Source: an uncultured Acidobacteriota bacterium (GTDB lineage Bacteria; Acidobacteriota; Terriglobia; Acidiferrales; UBA7541). Taken from it: DNA of 64,000 bases. Below are positions 43,792-54,354 of the stretch, piece by piece; position 1 is the first letter of the stretch; every line of letters starts with the position of its first letter. The stretch covers positions 21,124-85,123 of the forward strand of contig CAVSIW010000043.1 in the NCBI GenBank assembly GCA_963727945.1, written 5' to 3'. Made by a program: the position numbers and the translations under genes. Below the pieces are notes generated by a model, which had not been told where the DNA came from, did no database searches, and worked only from the letters and a program-made list of their open reading frames with translations.

Positions 43792-44694
43792 GAATTCGCC
43801 TCCACGCGTTGATAAGCGGTTCCATTATTCAGATGCACCATGCGGAACTTCTGCGTAAGGCCAAAGAGGCTCTCCGCATGGCCCACAAAGAGATAGCCGC
43901 CGGGATTCAAACAATGCCAAAACTTTTCGATCAGGCGCTTTTGTTCCGCCTCGTCGAAATAGATCATGACGTTGCGGCAAAGAATGATGTCGTTACGGCG
44001 CGGAAGGAATTCGGTCTTGAGATTGTGGAAATCGAACTGGACCAGTTGTTTCAGCAGCGGCTTGATGGCGTATTTGTCGCCGGACTTTTCAAAGTAGCGC
44101 AGCCGACACGTGTAATCCACAGGCTCCATTTGCTGCTCGGTGAACACGCCTTCCTGGCCGACGCGAAGGCTGGCGTAGCTGATGTCCGAAGCGACGATTT
44201 CCAACTTCCAGGGCGGGGGAATCAGCGGCTTGGGAGACGGCATATCGAATGGAAGCGGATTGCGCAGATAGTAGTACGCGAGAGCGTCGCAAATCAGAAT
44301 GGCTACAGAGTAGGGTTCTTGGCCGCTGGAGCAGCCTGCGCTCCACACGCGCAGATTCCAATCCCGGCGTTCCTGCTTCTTGCGCAGCAAGTCTTCCAAA
44401 ACAGTTTTCTGCAAGAAGATCGAGTTGAGGTTTATTGCGGAAGAAACTTGTCTCGTTGACGGTGAGATTTTCGAGAAGCAGCGCCAGTTCGGCGCGGCCT
44501 TCGCGGCTGGTGAGCAAGCGATAGTAACTGTAGAAAGAATCGAGCTGGCAGGCCTTGAGCCGGCGCTGAAGCCGGTCCTTCAGGAAATGAGAGCGGCGCT
44601 CGTCGAAAAACATGCCGCATTCCTGATAGACGAGCGTCTGCAAAAGCTTGAGTTCGGCTTCGGTGAGTTGGATCTGAGCGGTTAGCGTTCCCAT
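43788..44694 (-). CDS. cheR: Chemotaxis methyltransferase CheR; frameshift near 44415
   Basis: LTVNETSFFR; WSAGCSSGQEPYS, SDIS, HNL, CRNVMIYFD, GHAES. Confidence 0.9.
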
Positions 44695-44747
44695 GGAATG
44701 TGCGGTGATCCGGCAGTTCGGCCAACCCGATGCAAACGGGCAGAGCG

Positions 44748-45224
44748 TTACTTTGCCAGGGCGACGGTGTCCGCGGCCTCCTCAAGTCGTTTGAGCTCCG
44801 GCCGATGCAAAAGCTTGGAAATGTCGAGCAAGATGATGAGGCGGCCACTCAGTTTGCCCACTCCTGTGACGTAGCCGGACTCTCCGTCGGCAAAGACGGA
44901 GCCGGGGGCCTCAATTTCTGATGGAGGAATCTTCAAGACTTCGGAAGCCGAGTTGACGATGAGACCGAGCAATTTGTTTTCGAGTTCGACGACTAGAATG
45001 CGATTTTTCTTGTCCGAGGTAATCTCGGTGAGACCAAACCGTTTGCGCAGATCCATCACCGGGATAATCTTTCCACGCAAATTGATCACGCCCTCGACGG
45101 TATCGGGTGCACTCGGAACCGCTGTGATTTCCGGGACGCGGACAATTTCACGAACCGCGCCGATACGCACGCCGTACGTTTCATTTCCGATTCGGAAACC
45201 GACGATTTGTAAATCCTTCTCCAT
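44748..45224 (-). CDS. cheW: Chemotaxis coupling protein CheW
   Basis: VREI, VEGVINLRGKIIPVMDLRKRF, GLIV..ASEV. Confidence 0.93.
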   Translation of the reverse strand: MEKDLQIVGFRIGNETYGVRIGAVREIVRVPEITAVPSAPDTVEGVINLRGKIIPVMDLRKRFGLTEITSDKKNRILVVELENKLLGLIVNSASEVLKIPPSEIEAPGSVFADGESGYVTGVGKLSGRLIILLDISKLLHRPELKRLEEAADTVALAK

Positions 45225-45242
45225 CAAGCGATCTCCGCTTCC

Positions 45243-47264
45243 TTAGGAATGAGCGAGCTCGGCGTATTCCATCTCGCGTTCACGTCCGGAATTGTGATGT
45301 CCGCGGCGCGGAGCGTTGGACTGCTGCTCTGCGTGGCGCCCGTGGTTTTGCGCGGAACGATCCAGGACAAAACGATCCATGCTGTCCAGCAAATTGCGGG
45401 ATAGTTTGAGCATCTGCTCGGCGGCGGCAGAAAGCTCGGTGGAGCTGGAGGCTGACTGCTGAACCAGCTCGCGCATCTTGTCCATGGCGCGGACGACGGC
45501 TTGCGCGCCGGAGGCCTGCTCTTCGACGGCCGAGTTAATTTCCTGGGTGATCTCGGTGAGGCGGCTGGTGGCTTTTGCGATTTGCGAAGAGCCGACGGAC
45601 TGTTCGTTGGTGGCGGCGCCGATTTCCTGGGAGAACTTGTAGACCTCGGTGACAACATTGGAAATTTTGTGGAGAGCGGTGCCGAGCTCGTTGCCGAGAC
45701 TGAGGCCTTCTTCCACGATGCGTGTGCTGCGCTCCATGTTTTCGACAGCCTGGCGCGCTTCGCGCTGGATGCTTTGAATCAGGTCGGCGATTTCCTTGGT
45801 GGATTGCGTAGATTTCTCGGCGAGTTTGCGAACTTCGTCCGCGACGACGGCAAAACCCAGGCCGTGCTCGCCGGCGCGGGCCGCTTCGATGGCTGCGTTC
45901 AAGGCGAGAAGATTGGTTTGCTCGGCAAGGTCATCAATGACTTCGATGATCTTGCCAATGTCGTCGGCGCGATGACCGAGAATGTTGATGATTTCCGCGG
46001 AAGACTGAATGGCTTTGTTGGTGCGGTTCAGGCCGTCGGTGGCTTTTTCCATGGTCTGGATGCCGGTGACGACTTCTTCGCGGGAACGATTGGCGATATC
46101 GAGAAGAACCTTTGCGGTGTCCGCGACGCGCTGAATCGAAGTAACCATCTGATCGATGGAAGCGGACGTTTCTGCCACGCTGGAGGCTTGGACTTGCGTG
46201 TTCTTCACCACGTTCTGCACGTTGATGCTCATTTCGTGCATCGTGCTGGTGACTTCTTCAATAGCGGAGGAGGCTTGGACGCTGACTTTCGCGGATTCGT
46301 CAGCAGCGCCGGCCACTTGATTGGAGCCGGCGGAAACCTGGCCGGCAGAATCGCGCGTCGTGCGGACCAGTTCCTGGAGACCATGTGACATGCGAAGGAA
46401 AGCGTTGCCAAGAGTATCGCGCTTGGAGCGTGGGACAACTTCCACGGTCAAATCGCCTTCGGCGACGGACATCGAGACGTTCGCCATTTCCTTTAGATAG
46501 GCGACCATATTGTTGAAGGTAGTGGCGAGAGCGCCGATTTCGTCGTTGCGATGAATATCAATGTTCTGGTCGAGGTCGCCGGAATCGCCAATTTCGCGGG
46601 CCACGGTGATGAGGTGCGTGAGCGGCTCGGAGATGGATTTGGCGGTCTTGATGGCAGCGAACACACCGAGAGCGAGAGCAAGCAGTGTCCCAAGGGTTGT
46701 TACGCCTTGGCTGATAACACTGGCGCGAGCGGCGGACTTGGAAGTTTCATCCAGGGATTTGGTGATGTCCGCGCTGGTTTGGTCGAGAACGGCAGATGAT
46801 TTTGTGAGCCAGGAAGCCGGATCCTTCTGGAGATAGAAAATTTGGAGGTCGGAGACGGTAGCGTCGCCAGAGTCTACCTGGTGGCGTTTGGCAAGGAGCG
46901 GTTTGGCGAAATTATCGGCCCAGCTAGCTTCGGTGCTTTCGACTTGGATCAAGGCGGTCTTGACGCTGTCGCTGGTCGTTTGAGACTCACCGCGCTTGAC
47001 CAGGTCAATGATGTCGGTGAAACCCTTGTTAACCTTTTCCTCGTCGCGGGGATCGCCGCTCAAGAGAAAATTATCCATGTTGTGGCGGTTCAACATGATC
47101 TGGTAGCGCACCGACTCAATGGTGCGAACATTTTCGAGGGCGGATGTGGCGTCCTTGCGCGCTGAGCTTTCCCTCCAACCCGCGAGCAGGTTCACGAAGA
47201 ACAGCAGCAGCAAGATGCTTACAACCGCACCAAAGCCTAGGTAAAGTCTCTTCCCGATCGTCAT
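45243..47264 (-). CDS. Methyl-accepting chemotaxis protein (TM - periplasmic helical sensor - TM - HAMP - signalling domain)
   Basis: Two TM helices, HAMP ([12 protein letters not shown]), hairpin [38 protein letters not shown]. Confidence 0.95.
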   Translation of the reverse strand: MTIGKRLYLGFGAVVSILLLLFFVNLLAGWRESSARKDATSALENVRTIESVRYQIMLNRHNMDNFLLSGDPRDEEKVNKGFTDIIDLVKRGESQTTSDSVKTALIQVESTEASWADNFAKPLLAKRHQVDSGDATVSDLQIFYLQKDPASWLTKSSAVLDQTSADITKSLDETSKSAARASVISQGVTTLGTLLALALGVFAAIKTAKSISEPLTHLITVAREIGDSGDLDQNIDIHRNDEIGALATTFNNMVAYLKEMANVSMSVAEGDLTVEVVPRSKRDTLGNAFLRMSHGLQELVRTTRDSAGQVSAGSNQVAGAADESAKVSVQASSAIEEVTSTMHEMSINVQNVVKNTQVQASSVAETSASIDQMVTSIQRVADTAKVLLDIANRSREEVVTGIQTMEKATDGLNRTNKAIQSSAEIINILGHRADDIGKIIEVIDDLAEQTNLLALNAAIEAARAGEHGLGFAVVADEVRKLAEKSTQSTKEIADLIQSIQREARQAVENMERSTRIVEEGLSLGNELGTALHKISNVVTEVYKFSQEIGAATNEQSVGSSQIAKATSRLTEITQEINSAVEEQASGAQAVVRAMDKMRELVQQSASSSTELSAAAEQMLKLSRNLLDSMDRFVLDRSAQNHGRHAEQQSNAPRRGHHNSGREREMEYAELAHS

Positions 47265-47335
47265 TGCAAAATGCCTCCACTCACCCCGGCGACGCGATTT
47301 GATCCAAACCGCTCCTGCCGTTTTCTGCGATTCGC

Positions 47336-47689
47336 TTAATTGCCCGCGCTGCTGAACTCAAATTCAACGATCTGCGTGGTTTCTTCCGGTGCAGCCGCGA
47401 ATTTCCATTCCTTGACCGCGTCCTGGCACGCCTGAACCAGAAGCGGATGGCCGCCAATCACTCGAGTGCTCTTGACACGGCCGTCCGGCGTAATCACGAC
47501 CTCGATTTTCACCTTGCCGGAGACGCTCATGCGTTTGGCAAGTTCAGGATAGGCGGGTGCGACCTTAGATTTAACCTTGCGCTTCCCCTCGTCCGTGGTA
47601 CCTGATTGCCCAAAGCTAGAGGCCCCCAAGCAGAGACCAACAGCTGCGGTTGCAGCGATGCGGAAAATCCCTCGCCATCCGGTTCTCAT
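47336..47689 (-). CDS. Signal peptide + stand-alone TonB C-terminal domain protein
   Basis: PAYPELAKR...[15 protein letters not shown]......GGHPLL...DAVKEWKF; AGGAGG RBS; alternative GTG starts at 47695 and 47698. Confidence 0.85.
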   Translation of the reverse strand: MRTGWRGIFRIAATAAVGLCLGASSFGQSGTTDEGKRKVKSKVAPAYPELAKRMSVSGKVKIEVVITPDGRVKSTRVIGGHPLLVQACQDAVKEWKFAAAPEETTQIVEFEFSSAGN

Positions 47690-47734
47690 CGACACCACCC
47701 CTCCTGAAGAATGGGAAAACCCCGCATTGGGAAA

Positions 47735-47750
47735 GGCACGTCGGGGGCCA
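47735..47750 (-). promoter_or_regulatory. Sigma-54 (-24/-12) promoter of the TonB-C/MCP/che operon
   Basis: Minus strand TGGCCCCCGACGTGCC (GG-N10-GC). Confidence 0.65.
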
Positions 47751-47869
47751 TGGCGGCATTAGCGTGATGCGTGGTGGGGTTGTGAGCCGTGAGAGCGATA
47801 AGTGGCGTAGAATGAGGAGCTAGTGGGACTCGCCAGCGAAAAGTAAAGATATCGAGGGAGAGGCAACTT

Positions 47870-48036
47870 GTCTCAGCAAACGTGATCTGCATGAGGTCAG
47901 GTCTCATGCTGAGACGATGTGCGCAAAGAAGGCGGCGCGAGAGTGGACGATTCGGCAACGGAGATGAGAACGACGATTGACTCAGATTGAGATGAGTCGC
48001 TAGGGTGGTAGTGAGCAGCCGAGTTCAACTTGAGAC
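47870..48036. promoter_or_regulatory. Enhancer-like cluster of GTCTCA-N3-TGAGAC palindromes
   Basis: Perfect copy at 47901-47915; degenerate copies at 47979-47993 and 48022-48036; half-site at 47870-47875. Confidence 0.65.
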
Positions 48037-48121
48037 ACGCGTTCACCTCCAACCCGTGATGCGAAAAACGAAACCTATCCGGACTCGTCATTTAACCACT
48101 CGGTTAAATACGGCTGATCCA

Positions 48122-50413
48122 ATGCCTCCCTCCTCGAGACAAGCGGAAGAATTAATGGAATTGGCGGTTGATGCCGCACATTCGCGGCAGCTTCCGGAAT
48201 TTTTGGAACGGTTCGCGGGCCGCGCGGCGCGCATGCTCAACGCGGAGTGGGGCGGGGTGGCCGTGTTTCGCGGGCGGGAGACGGATCTTTACGCGGCAGG
48301 TGCGGGTGAGCAAGCTGTGAGCGCCGCACTCAAGAGCTGGATCATTTCGTCGGCTCGCGAGAGCCGAGTTGCCGCGGTTGTACGTTCGCTGCCAGCGGGA
48401 GAGGCAAGATCCGGCGAAAGCGGCGCGGCGGTGAGTGCGGTGTTTGTACCCGTCAGCGCGAGCGATGGGGAACGGCTGGGGATGTTGTGCCTACTGCGAC
48501 GGCGAAGGAGTGTGAATGCCAAAGAGAAAAAGCTGCTGCACGCTTTGGCGAGCCACGCTGCGTTGTCGCTGGAAAACTTCAGGCGGTTTTCGCAGCTGGA
48601 GAAATCAAAGAGGCAGTGGGTCGAAGATATAGACGCGATCAGCGACTACATCGTGGTGCACGACCGCGCCTGGAAGATTTTGCGCACGAACCGCTCGCTG
48701 GCTTCGCACCTCGGTGTGCCGCCGGTTGCGCTTGTGGGCGAGGCGATGAGCGGCTTGCGGCAAATCGCGGAAACCGGGAGCGATCTTCCCTGCCCTTTTT
48801 GCCGCGATACGCAGCGGCCGCGGGAGGAATACGTGGCGGCGTCGGCGGAGCGGATCTTCCTTGTTTCCACGTCGCGTGCGCCAGGGGTGGCAGAAGACGA
48901 CACGCGAACGATTCACGTATTGAAAGACATTACGGACCGGAGGGAAGCGGAGCGGAAGTACCGGGAGCTGTTCGACAGCATTCAGGAAGGGCTGTTTTTC
49001 GCCACGCCTGACGGGCGATTCTTGGACGTGAACGATGCGATGGTGCGCATGCTGGGCTACGCATCGCGCGAGGAGATGTTGCGAGCGGACGTGAGCCCGC
49101 ATCTCTACCCAGCTCCGGCAGCGCGAGAGCGCTTTTTGCAAGCGTTGGCCGAGCGCGGCGTGCTGCGAAATTATGAGGAGACGCTGCGTCGGAAAGACGG
49201 GGCGCTGCTCCATACGCTGCAAAACATTACAGCGGTGCGCGACGCGCAGGGGCGGATTGCACAAATTCGCGGGTTGATGCTGGATGTGACCGAGCAGAAG
49301 TCATTTCAGTCGCAATTGCAGCGCGAACGAGACTTCAACCAGAAGATTCTTAACACCACGCAGAGCATGATTCTGGTGCTGGATACGGCGGGCCTCATTA
49401 GCTACGCCAACCGGCGGTGTTACGAAGCAGGCTACCGGGAAGATGAATTGATCGGCCACCGTCTTGTGGACTGGGTAGAGCCTTCTCACCGGAACGATTT
49501 CGAGGGAGCGCTTGAGACGACGGCGAATGGACAGCAGGTAGAGAATCTGGAGTTGCAAGTCAGGCGGAGCGACGGATCGATGGGGCACTTTTCGATCAGT
49601 TTGAGCCCGATGCGAGACGAGCAGAGCGCGGTGAATAGCGTGGTCGTGGTCATGACGGACATTACAGATGCTGTGCTGCTGCAAGCGAAACTGTCGCATT
49701 CGGAAAGAATGGCGACAATTGGGCGATTGGTTTCCGGCGTGGCACATGAAGTGAACAACCCTCTGGCGGCTATCCTTGGGTTCACGGACCTTCTGTTGGA
49801 GAACCCGGAGATGCCGGTTTCGGCGAAGGAAGATTTGCAGATTATTTTGCAAGAAACGCAGAGGACCAAGGACATTGTGCAGGATTTGCTGAGTTTCGCG
49901 CGGCAGCGGCCAGTGCAGCGTGAGCCGGTGCAAGTAAATACGGTCTTGCGACAAACGATCAAGCTGCGCAGCTACGATTTTGCGAGCCATGGCGTTGAGG
50001 TGACGGAGGAGTTCGACGAAACGCTTGAGCCTGCGCTGGGGGACGCGCAGCAGCTTCAGCAGGTGTTCCTGAATATTCTGAACAATGCTTATGATGCGGT
50101 GCAAGAGACGGGACGCCGCGGGCATATTGCGATTCGAACGGAGCGGAGCGGAAATAGCGTTCAGGTGGTGGTCACTGATAACGGCACAGGGATCGCTGAT
50201 CCACAGCATATTTTTGACCCGTTTTACACGACGAAGCAGCCGGGCAAGGGTACGGGCCTTGGATTAAGTATTTGCTACGGGATTGTACGGGCGCACGGCG
50301 GCGAGATTCAGTGCTGGAATAATACGGAAAGCGGGGGGAGCACGTTTGTCGTTCGAATCCCAATCGCCGCGGAACAGTTGCCGGCTTTAGCGGCGAAAGA
50401 AGCCGGACGATGA
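48122..50413 (+). CDS. Cytoplasmic GAF-PAS-PAS-PAS sensor histidine kinase
   Basis: No TM segments; PAS motifs (VNDAMVRMLGY, ISYANRR); H-box VAHEVNNPL, QVFLNILNNA, DNGTG, FDPFYTTK, GTGLGL. Confidence 0.92.
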   Translation: MPPSSRQAEELMELAVDAAHSRQLPEFLERFAGRAARMLNAEWGGVAVFRGRETDLYAAGAGEQAVSAALKSWIISSARESRVAAVVRSLPAGEARSGESGAAVSAVFVPVSASDGERLGMLCLLRRRRSVNAKEKKLLHALASHAALSLENFRRFSQLEKSKRQWVEDIDAISDYIVVHDRAWKILRTNRSLASHLGVPPVALVGEAMSGLRQIAETGSDLPCPFCRDTQRPREEYVAASAERIFLVSTSRAPGVAEDDTRTIHVLKDITDRREAERKYRELFDSIQEGLFFATPDGRFLDVNDAMVRMLGYASREEMLRADVSPHLYPAPAARERFLQALAERGVLRNYEETLRRKDGALLHTLQNITAVRDAQGRIAQIRGLMLDVTEQKSFQSQLQRERDFNQKILNTTQSMILVLDTAGLISYANRRCYEAGYREDELIGHRLVDWVEPSHRNDFEGALETTANGQQVENLELQVRRSDGSMGHFSISLSPMRDEQSAVNSVVVVMTDITDAVLLQAKLSHSERMATIGRLVSGVAHEVNNPLAAILGFTDLLLENPEMPVSAKEDLQIILQETQRTKDIVQDLLSFARQRPVQREPVQVNTVLRQTIKLRSYDFASHGVEVTEEFDETLEPALGDAQQLQQVFLNILNNAYDAVQETGRRGHIAIRTERSGNSVQVVVTDNGTGIADPQHIFDPFYTTKQPGKGTGLGLSICYGIVRAHGGEIQCWNNTESGGSTFVVRIPIAAEQLPALAAKEAGR

Positions 50414-50808
50414 CGATGCCAGCAGCGGTGGGGCAGACTGGGCCAATCCTTTTGATTGAAGATGAGCCGTCTGTGATCGCGTTCCTTAAGGCTGCGCTCG
50501 AACGGAAAGGATACTCGGTGGTGAACGCGTCTTCCGGCGCGGAGGGACTGAAGCAACTCGCTGGCGGGCGCTACAGCGGCGTGATCTCCGATATCCGGAT
50601 GCCGGGAGCGGTGAATGGCGCCGAGGTTCACGACTGGATCCAGAAAAACCGGCCGGAGCTTGGAACGAAAATCATTCTCATCAGCGGAGACACGGCAAAC
50701 AGCGAAACGCAGGCGCTGCTGGCGCGCAGCGGGACGCCTTGCATCGAGAAACCGTTCCGTGTACATCAATTGATATCCATCGTGGAGAAAACGTTTGGGA
50801 AACCATGA
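50410..50808 (+). CDS. Single-domain response regulator (receiver)
   Basis: LLIEDE, VISDIRMPG, ISG, EKPF; 4-bp overlaps on both sides. Confidence 0.9.
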   Translation: MTMPAAVGQTGPILLIEDEPSVIAFLKAALERKGYSVVNASSGAEGLKQLAGGRYSGVISDIRMPGAVNGAEVHDWIQKNRPELGTKIILISGDTANSETQALLARSGTPCIEKPFRVHQLISIVEKTFGKP

Positions 50809-52223
50809 GTGACGACTTGAAAATTCGTTTGCTGGTTGTTGACGACGAGCAGAGCATCCGCAAGCTGTGCATGACCATCGGCAATACCTTGGGATATTCC
50901 TGCACAGAAGCGGAGAGCGCCGAAGCAGCGCTGGCAAAATTGGATGCCGATGTCCCGGATCTTATTCTGACGGATCTGAAACTGCCGACGCTTTCTGGCG
51001 TGGAGTTGCTAAAGCAAGCGAAGCTGGTGGTGCCGCGCGCGGAAGTAGCGATCATGACCGGCCACGGGTCCATCGAATCCGCAGTGGATGCAATGAAATT
51101 GGGGGCTTACGACTACATTGAGAAGCCCTTCCGCGTTGAAAAGATGCGGCTATTGCTGCAACGGATGGCCGAAAAGGTCAGGCTGGTCACGGAAAATGAG
51201 TTTTTGCGTGAGCGCGTCAACACAGAGGACAATCTCGATGGAATCATCGGCACTTCGGCGAATATTCAAGATGTTCTGCGGATGGTCTCGCGGCTAAAGG
51301 ATACGCGCACACCCGTTTTGATCTCCGGAGAAAGTGGTACAGGGAAGGAGCTCGTAGCGAGAGCGATTCATTTCCGCGGGGCGCTGGCGCAGACGCCGTT
51401 TGTGGCGGTGGATTGCGGGTCACTGGTGCCAACGCTGATGGAGAGCGAACTCTTTGGGTACGAAAAGGGAGCTTTCACGGGGGCCATAAAAACCAAAGCA
51501 GGACTTTTTCAGGCGGCCAATGGCGGAACAATTTTCCTGGATGAGATTGGTGAACTACCGCTCGAGATGCAAGCCAAGCTCTTGAGAGTGCTTCAGGAAA
51601 AGGAAGTCCGGCCAGTCGGAAGCAACGAGAAGGTGAATGTAGATGTGCGCGTGATCGCAGCGACGAATCGCGACCTCGAAGCGGCGTATCGAGCCGGGAC
51701 ATTTCGCAAGGATCTCTATTTCCGTCTGAATGTTGTGACCGTGCACTTGCCGCCACTGCGCGACCGGCGATCGGACATCCCGATGCTCGTCCACCATTTT
51801 CTGGACCGATATGCGCCGGGTATACATCTTCAAGTGACTTCCGCGGCGATGAAGAGCTTGTTGAACTACGAATGGCCGGGGAATATCCGCGAACTCGAAA
51901 ACTGCATAGCGCGGGCGATTACGCTGGGCGACAGGCAAGTGATTGACGTGGGCGACCTTCCACCCGCAATCCGCACCGAGCAGGCGGAATCTTCGGGCGG
52001 AGCGATTCAAGATGCGGCGTCCATTTCGACCACGGCATTGGCGGAAATGGAGCGGATGACGATTCTCCGCGTATTCGAGCAGGCGAACGGAGATAAAGCT
52101 CTCGCCGGGCGAATGCTGGGGATCAGCCGAGCGACGCTATACCGCAAGTTGAAGAGATACAACATCCCGCTAAGGTCCGGGCCGGGAGAAGCGGAAGACC
52201 TGGCGGAAGAAGCCGCGCAGTAG
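50805..52223 (+). CDS. Sigma-54-dependent response regulator (NtrC/AtoC family enhancer-binding protein)
   Basis: Receiver domain, GESGTGKE, ESELFG, GAFTGA, FLDEIGE, WPGNIREL, Fis-type HTH LGISRATLYRKL. Confidence 0.95.
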   Translation: MSDDLKIRLLVVDDEQSIRKLCMTIGNTLGYSCTEAESAEAALAKLDADVPDLILTDLKLPTLSGVELLKQAKLVVPRAEVAIMTGHGSIESAVDAMKLGAYDYIEKPFRVEKMRLLLQRMAEKVRLVTENEFLRERVNTEDNLDGIIGTSANIQDVLRMVSRLKDTRTPVLISGESGTGKELVARAIHFRGALAQTPFVAVDCGSLVPTLMESELFGYEKGAFTGAIKTKAGLFQAANGGTIFLDEIGELPLEMQAKLLRVLQEKEVRPVGSNEKVNVDVRVIAATNRDLEAAYRAGTFRKDLYFRLNVVTVHLPPLRDRRSDIPMLVHHFLDRYAPGIHLQVTSAAMKSLLNYEWPGNIRELENCIARAITLGDRQVIDVGDLPPAIRTEQAESSGGAIQDAASISTTALAEMERMTILRVFEQANGDKALAGRMLGISRATLYRKLKRYNIPLRSGPGEAEDLAEEAAQ

Positions 52224-52233
52224 GTGGAATGAC

Positions 52234-52301
52234 GTCTCACGCTGCGAAGCGAAACGCGAAAGCAGCCAGAAGACTGAGACAGCCGCGTTTCAGCGTGAGA
52301 C
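52234..52301. promoter_or_regulatory. Enhancer-like GTCTCA-N3-TGAGAC sites
   Basis: GTCTCA-CGC-TGCGAA at 52234-52248, half-site TGAGAC at 52275-52280, GTTTCA-GCG-TGAGAC at 52287-52301. Confidence 0.65.
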
Positions 52302-52383
52302 GCATGAGCCACACAAGCCCGCCGGGGAAAATCTAAGTCCTTCCCTTTCTTCCATTTCGGAACTTCTCTGAAATCCACTTCTT

Positions 52384-52399
52384 TGGCGTACAGCGTGCA
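52384..52399 (+). promoter_or_regulatory. Sigma-54 (-24/-12) promoter
   Basis: TGGCGTACAGCGTGCA (GG-N10-GC). Confidence 0.65.
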
Positions 52400-52504
52400 T
52401 CTCTATCGCGGGGACGTTGTGCCCATTTGCGGAATGATGTGTGCCAAGCCGCAACACAATGTCGCACCTTAGTACCTAAGTACTGCGGCGAGTTGAGAGG
52501 CAAC

Positions 52505-52854
52505 GTGGGACGATCCAACGAGGTAAGCCTCACTGCGAACGAGCAAGGCTGTGCGGAGCGGTTAGCTCGTTTTTTTCCGCACGCCAATCCTGTTCGAGTT
52601 CCAGTGCAAGTCACCGCACTGCGAGCCGGGAACGCGCGTTTGCGGGAAGCGACCGTGGTGGAGTTCGGCGGCTCGGAACATGCCATTTTCTCTCGAGTTT
52701 GCCACTTGAGTTCGACGACCGGGTGAGCATTGAACGTGATCGGAAGGGTTGCACGGCGGAAGCGACAGTGATTGCCGTGCAATATCACGAAGGACGTAAG
52801 GCGGTGGCCGTCCGATTTTTACAGGGGCCCTGCGCGTGGGTGACACAGCCGTGA
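52505..52854 (+). CDS. Hypothetical small beta-barrel (PilZ-like) protein; frameshift near 52690
   Basis: GTG after GAGAGG; ...PVRVPVQV...EATVVEFGGSEHAIF joins SSLPLEFDDRVSIE...ATVIAVQYHEGRKAVAVRF; stop overlaps the next start (GTGA). Confidence 0.6.
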
Positions 52855-54332
52855 ACAAGACGACAACGCTCAACATCCCAAGCCCGTCCAAGCCCGCGAA
52901 CTCCCGGCAGGCGAAGTGGGTTGAGGATCGCTCGGTTTTTCCAATTTATCTCGCGCTAGCAAAGCAGCTCGAAATCGAAATTCCCTTCCCGCCGGAAAAG
53001 AGAAATCTGCCGGAGAAGCCAGACCTGGAATTGTTCGACGAAGTGGAAACCTGGCTGGACGAGATGGACCAGCGCGTCCTGGTGCACCAACTGCGCAAGT
53101 TGCTGCAGACGACGACGCTGAACGCAAACGAGAGCAGTTTGTGCGCGCTCATTCACCGCCATCTTCAAAAATCCTCGAAAACCAACGTAGACCGCGACAA
53201 GATTGACTTCCTGCTGGTGCAATATTTTGCTCTGTGCGCTCCCGCCAAGATCTACCACAAGCAGATTGAGCCTTCCGACGTCGCGCAAGTCATGAAACCT
53301 GTGCTCGGCGAGGTCGAGGACACAACGCTGGCATGGTGCGAACCGCTCGAGCAGATGATCGAGAAGTTGCGGGCATTCCGCAGCCTCCGCGAAATACTCA
53401 AGACGAATTTCATCGAGCAAGGCCGTAAAGTGAAAGAAACCGCGGGTGGGATGTTCTATGACCCGGCGGCTTTGCTTGCCTTCATTCGCTTTAATTTTCT
53501 GCTACGACGGACGTTCATCGAACTGATGCACGCCGACCTGATCGCCATTCGTTCGGGGCTGGCTCAGCTCGAAACGTCTGGAGTACGAATTATTGATTGC
53601 CATCATTTCGGCCTCTCCGCCGAGGAGCCTCTCGCCAAGATTCGTGAAGCTGCCGATGAATGGAAGCAGCCGTTCCAGAAGGAATACACGGAACGCTCGG
53701 TGAATCAGACGTTTGAAAAGCTGCTGGGACTGCGCACGGACGTGGAGCGGGCACTTGAAAAGATCGCGCCGAAAGCGCCGAAAGCTGCGGCTCCCTCCGA
53801 GAAAGCGGCGGGCCCTCACGACTCGGCACCAACGACAGGTTCGGGACGCGACGCCGGAGCCCACGAAGCAAGTACGCACGCCCAGGAGAAACCAACTGCC
53901 CCGAGCGCGGACAAACCCGTCGGCGCCTTGGCGCTGGATTTTGAAGCATGCCTCGAGAAAATATGGGAACAGCTGATCGCCACGCCGCCTACGCGCGGGC
54001 GCTCCATGACCACAGTGAAAATTGGTGGAGCACGCATCCTGATGTCTTCGTGGGAAGTGACGGCATTCGTGAGCGAGGATGGACCTTCAGCGGAAGATTT
54101 GCGCCGCGCGGTGGTTGCGCGCGCAATGGTGAGCGCCGCCGTTGAATCCGCAAAGGAAACGGGAAACGCGTCCTCTATGGACAAAGCGCTTTCGATAGCC
54201 CGAATAGAAGTCTCGCGCTTGCAGGAGCGGGTGGATATCGCGAAGCAGGCGAAGGACACGGAAGCGGCAGTGAATTTGGGCATCAGCACGAAACGGTTAC
54301 TCTCGGCGTTGGACGAGGCCGAAAAGCTTTAG
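52851..54332 (+). CDS. Hypothetical alpha-helical cytoplasmic protein
   Basis: Long ORF with native codon usage, Ala/Pro-rich linker near residues 310-355; no motif recognised. Confidence 0.8.
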   Translation: MNKTTTLNIPSPSKPANSRQAKWVEDRSVFPIYLALAKQLEIEIPFPPEKRNLPEKPDLELFDEVETWLDEMDQRVLVHQLRKLLQTTTLNANESSLCALIHRHLQKSSKTNVDRDKIDFLLVQYFALCAPAKIYHKQIEPSDVAQVMKPVLGEVEDTTLAWCEPLEQMIEKLRAFRSLREILKTNFIEQGRKVKETAGGMFYDPAALLAFIRFNFLLRRTFIELMHADLIAIRSGLAQLETSGVRIIDCHHFGLSAEEPLAKIREAADEWKQPFQKEYTERSVNQTFEKLLGLRTDVERALEKIAPKAPKAAAPSEKAAGPHDSAPTTGSGRDAGAHEASTHAQEKPTAPSADKPVGALALDFEACLEKIWEQLIATPPTRGRSMTTVKIGGARILMSSWEVTAFVSEDGPSAEDLRRAVVARAMVSAAVESAKETGNASSMDKALSIARIEVSRLQERVDIAKQAKDTEAAVNLGISTKRLLSALDEAEKL

Positions 54333-54354
54333 TCGGTAAGACTCTTTTCCGGTC

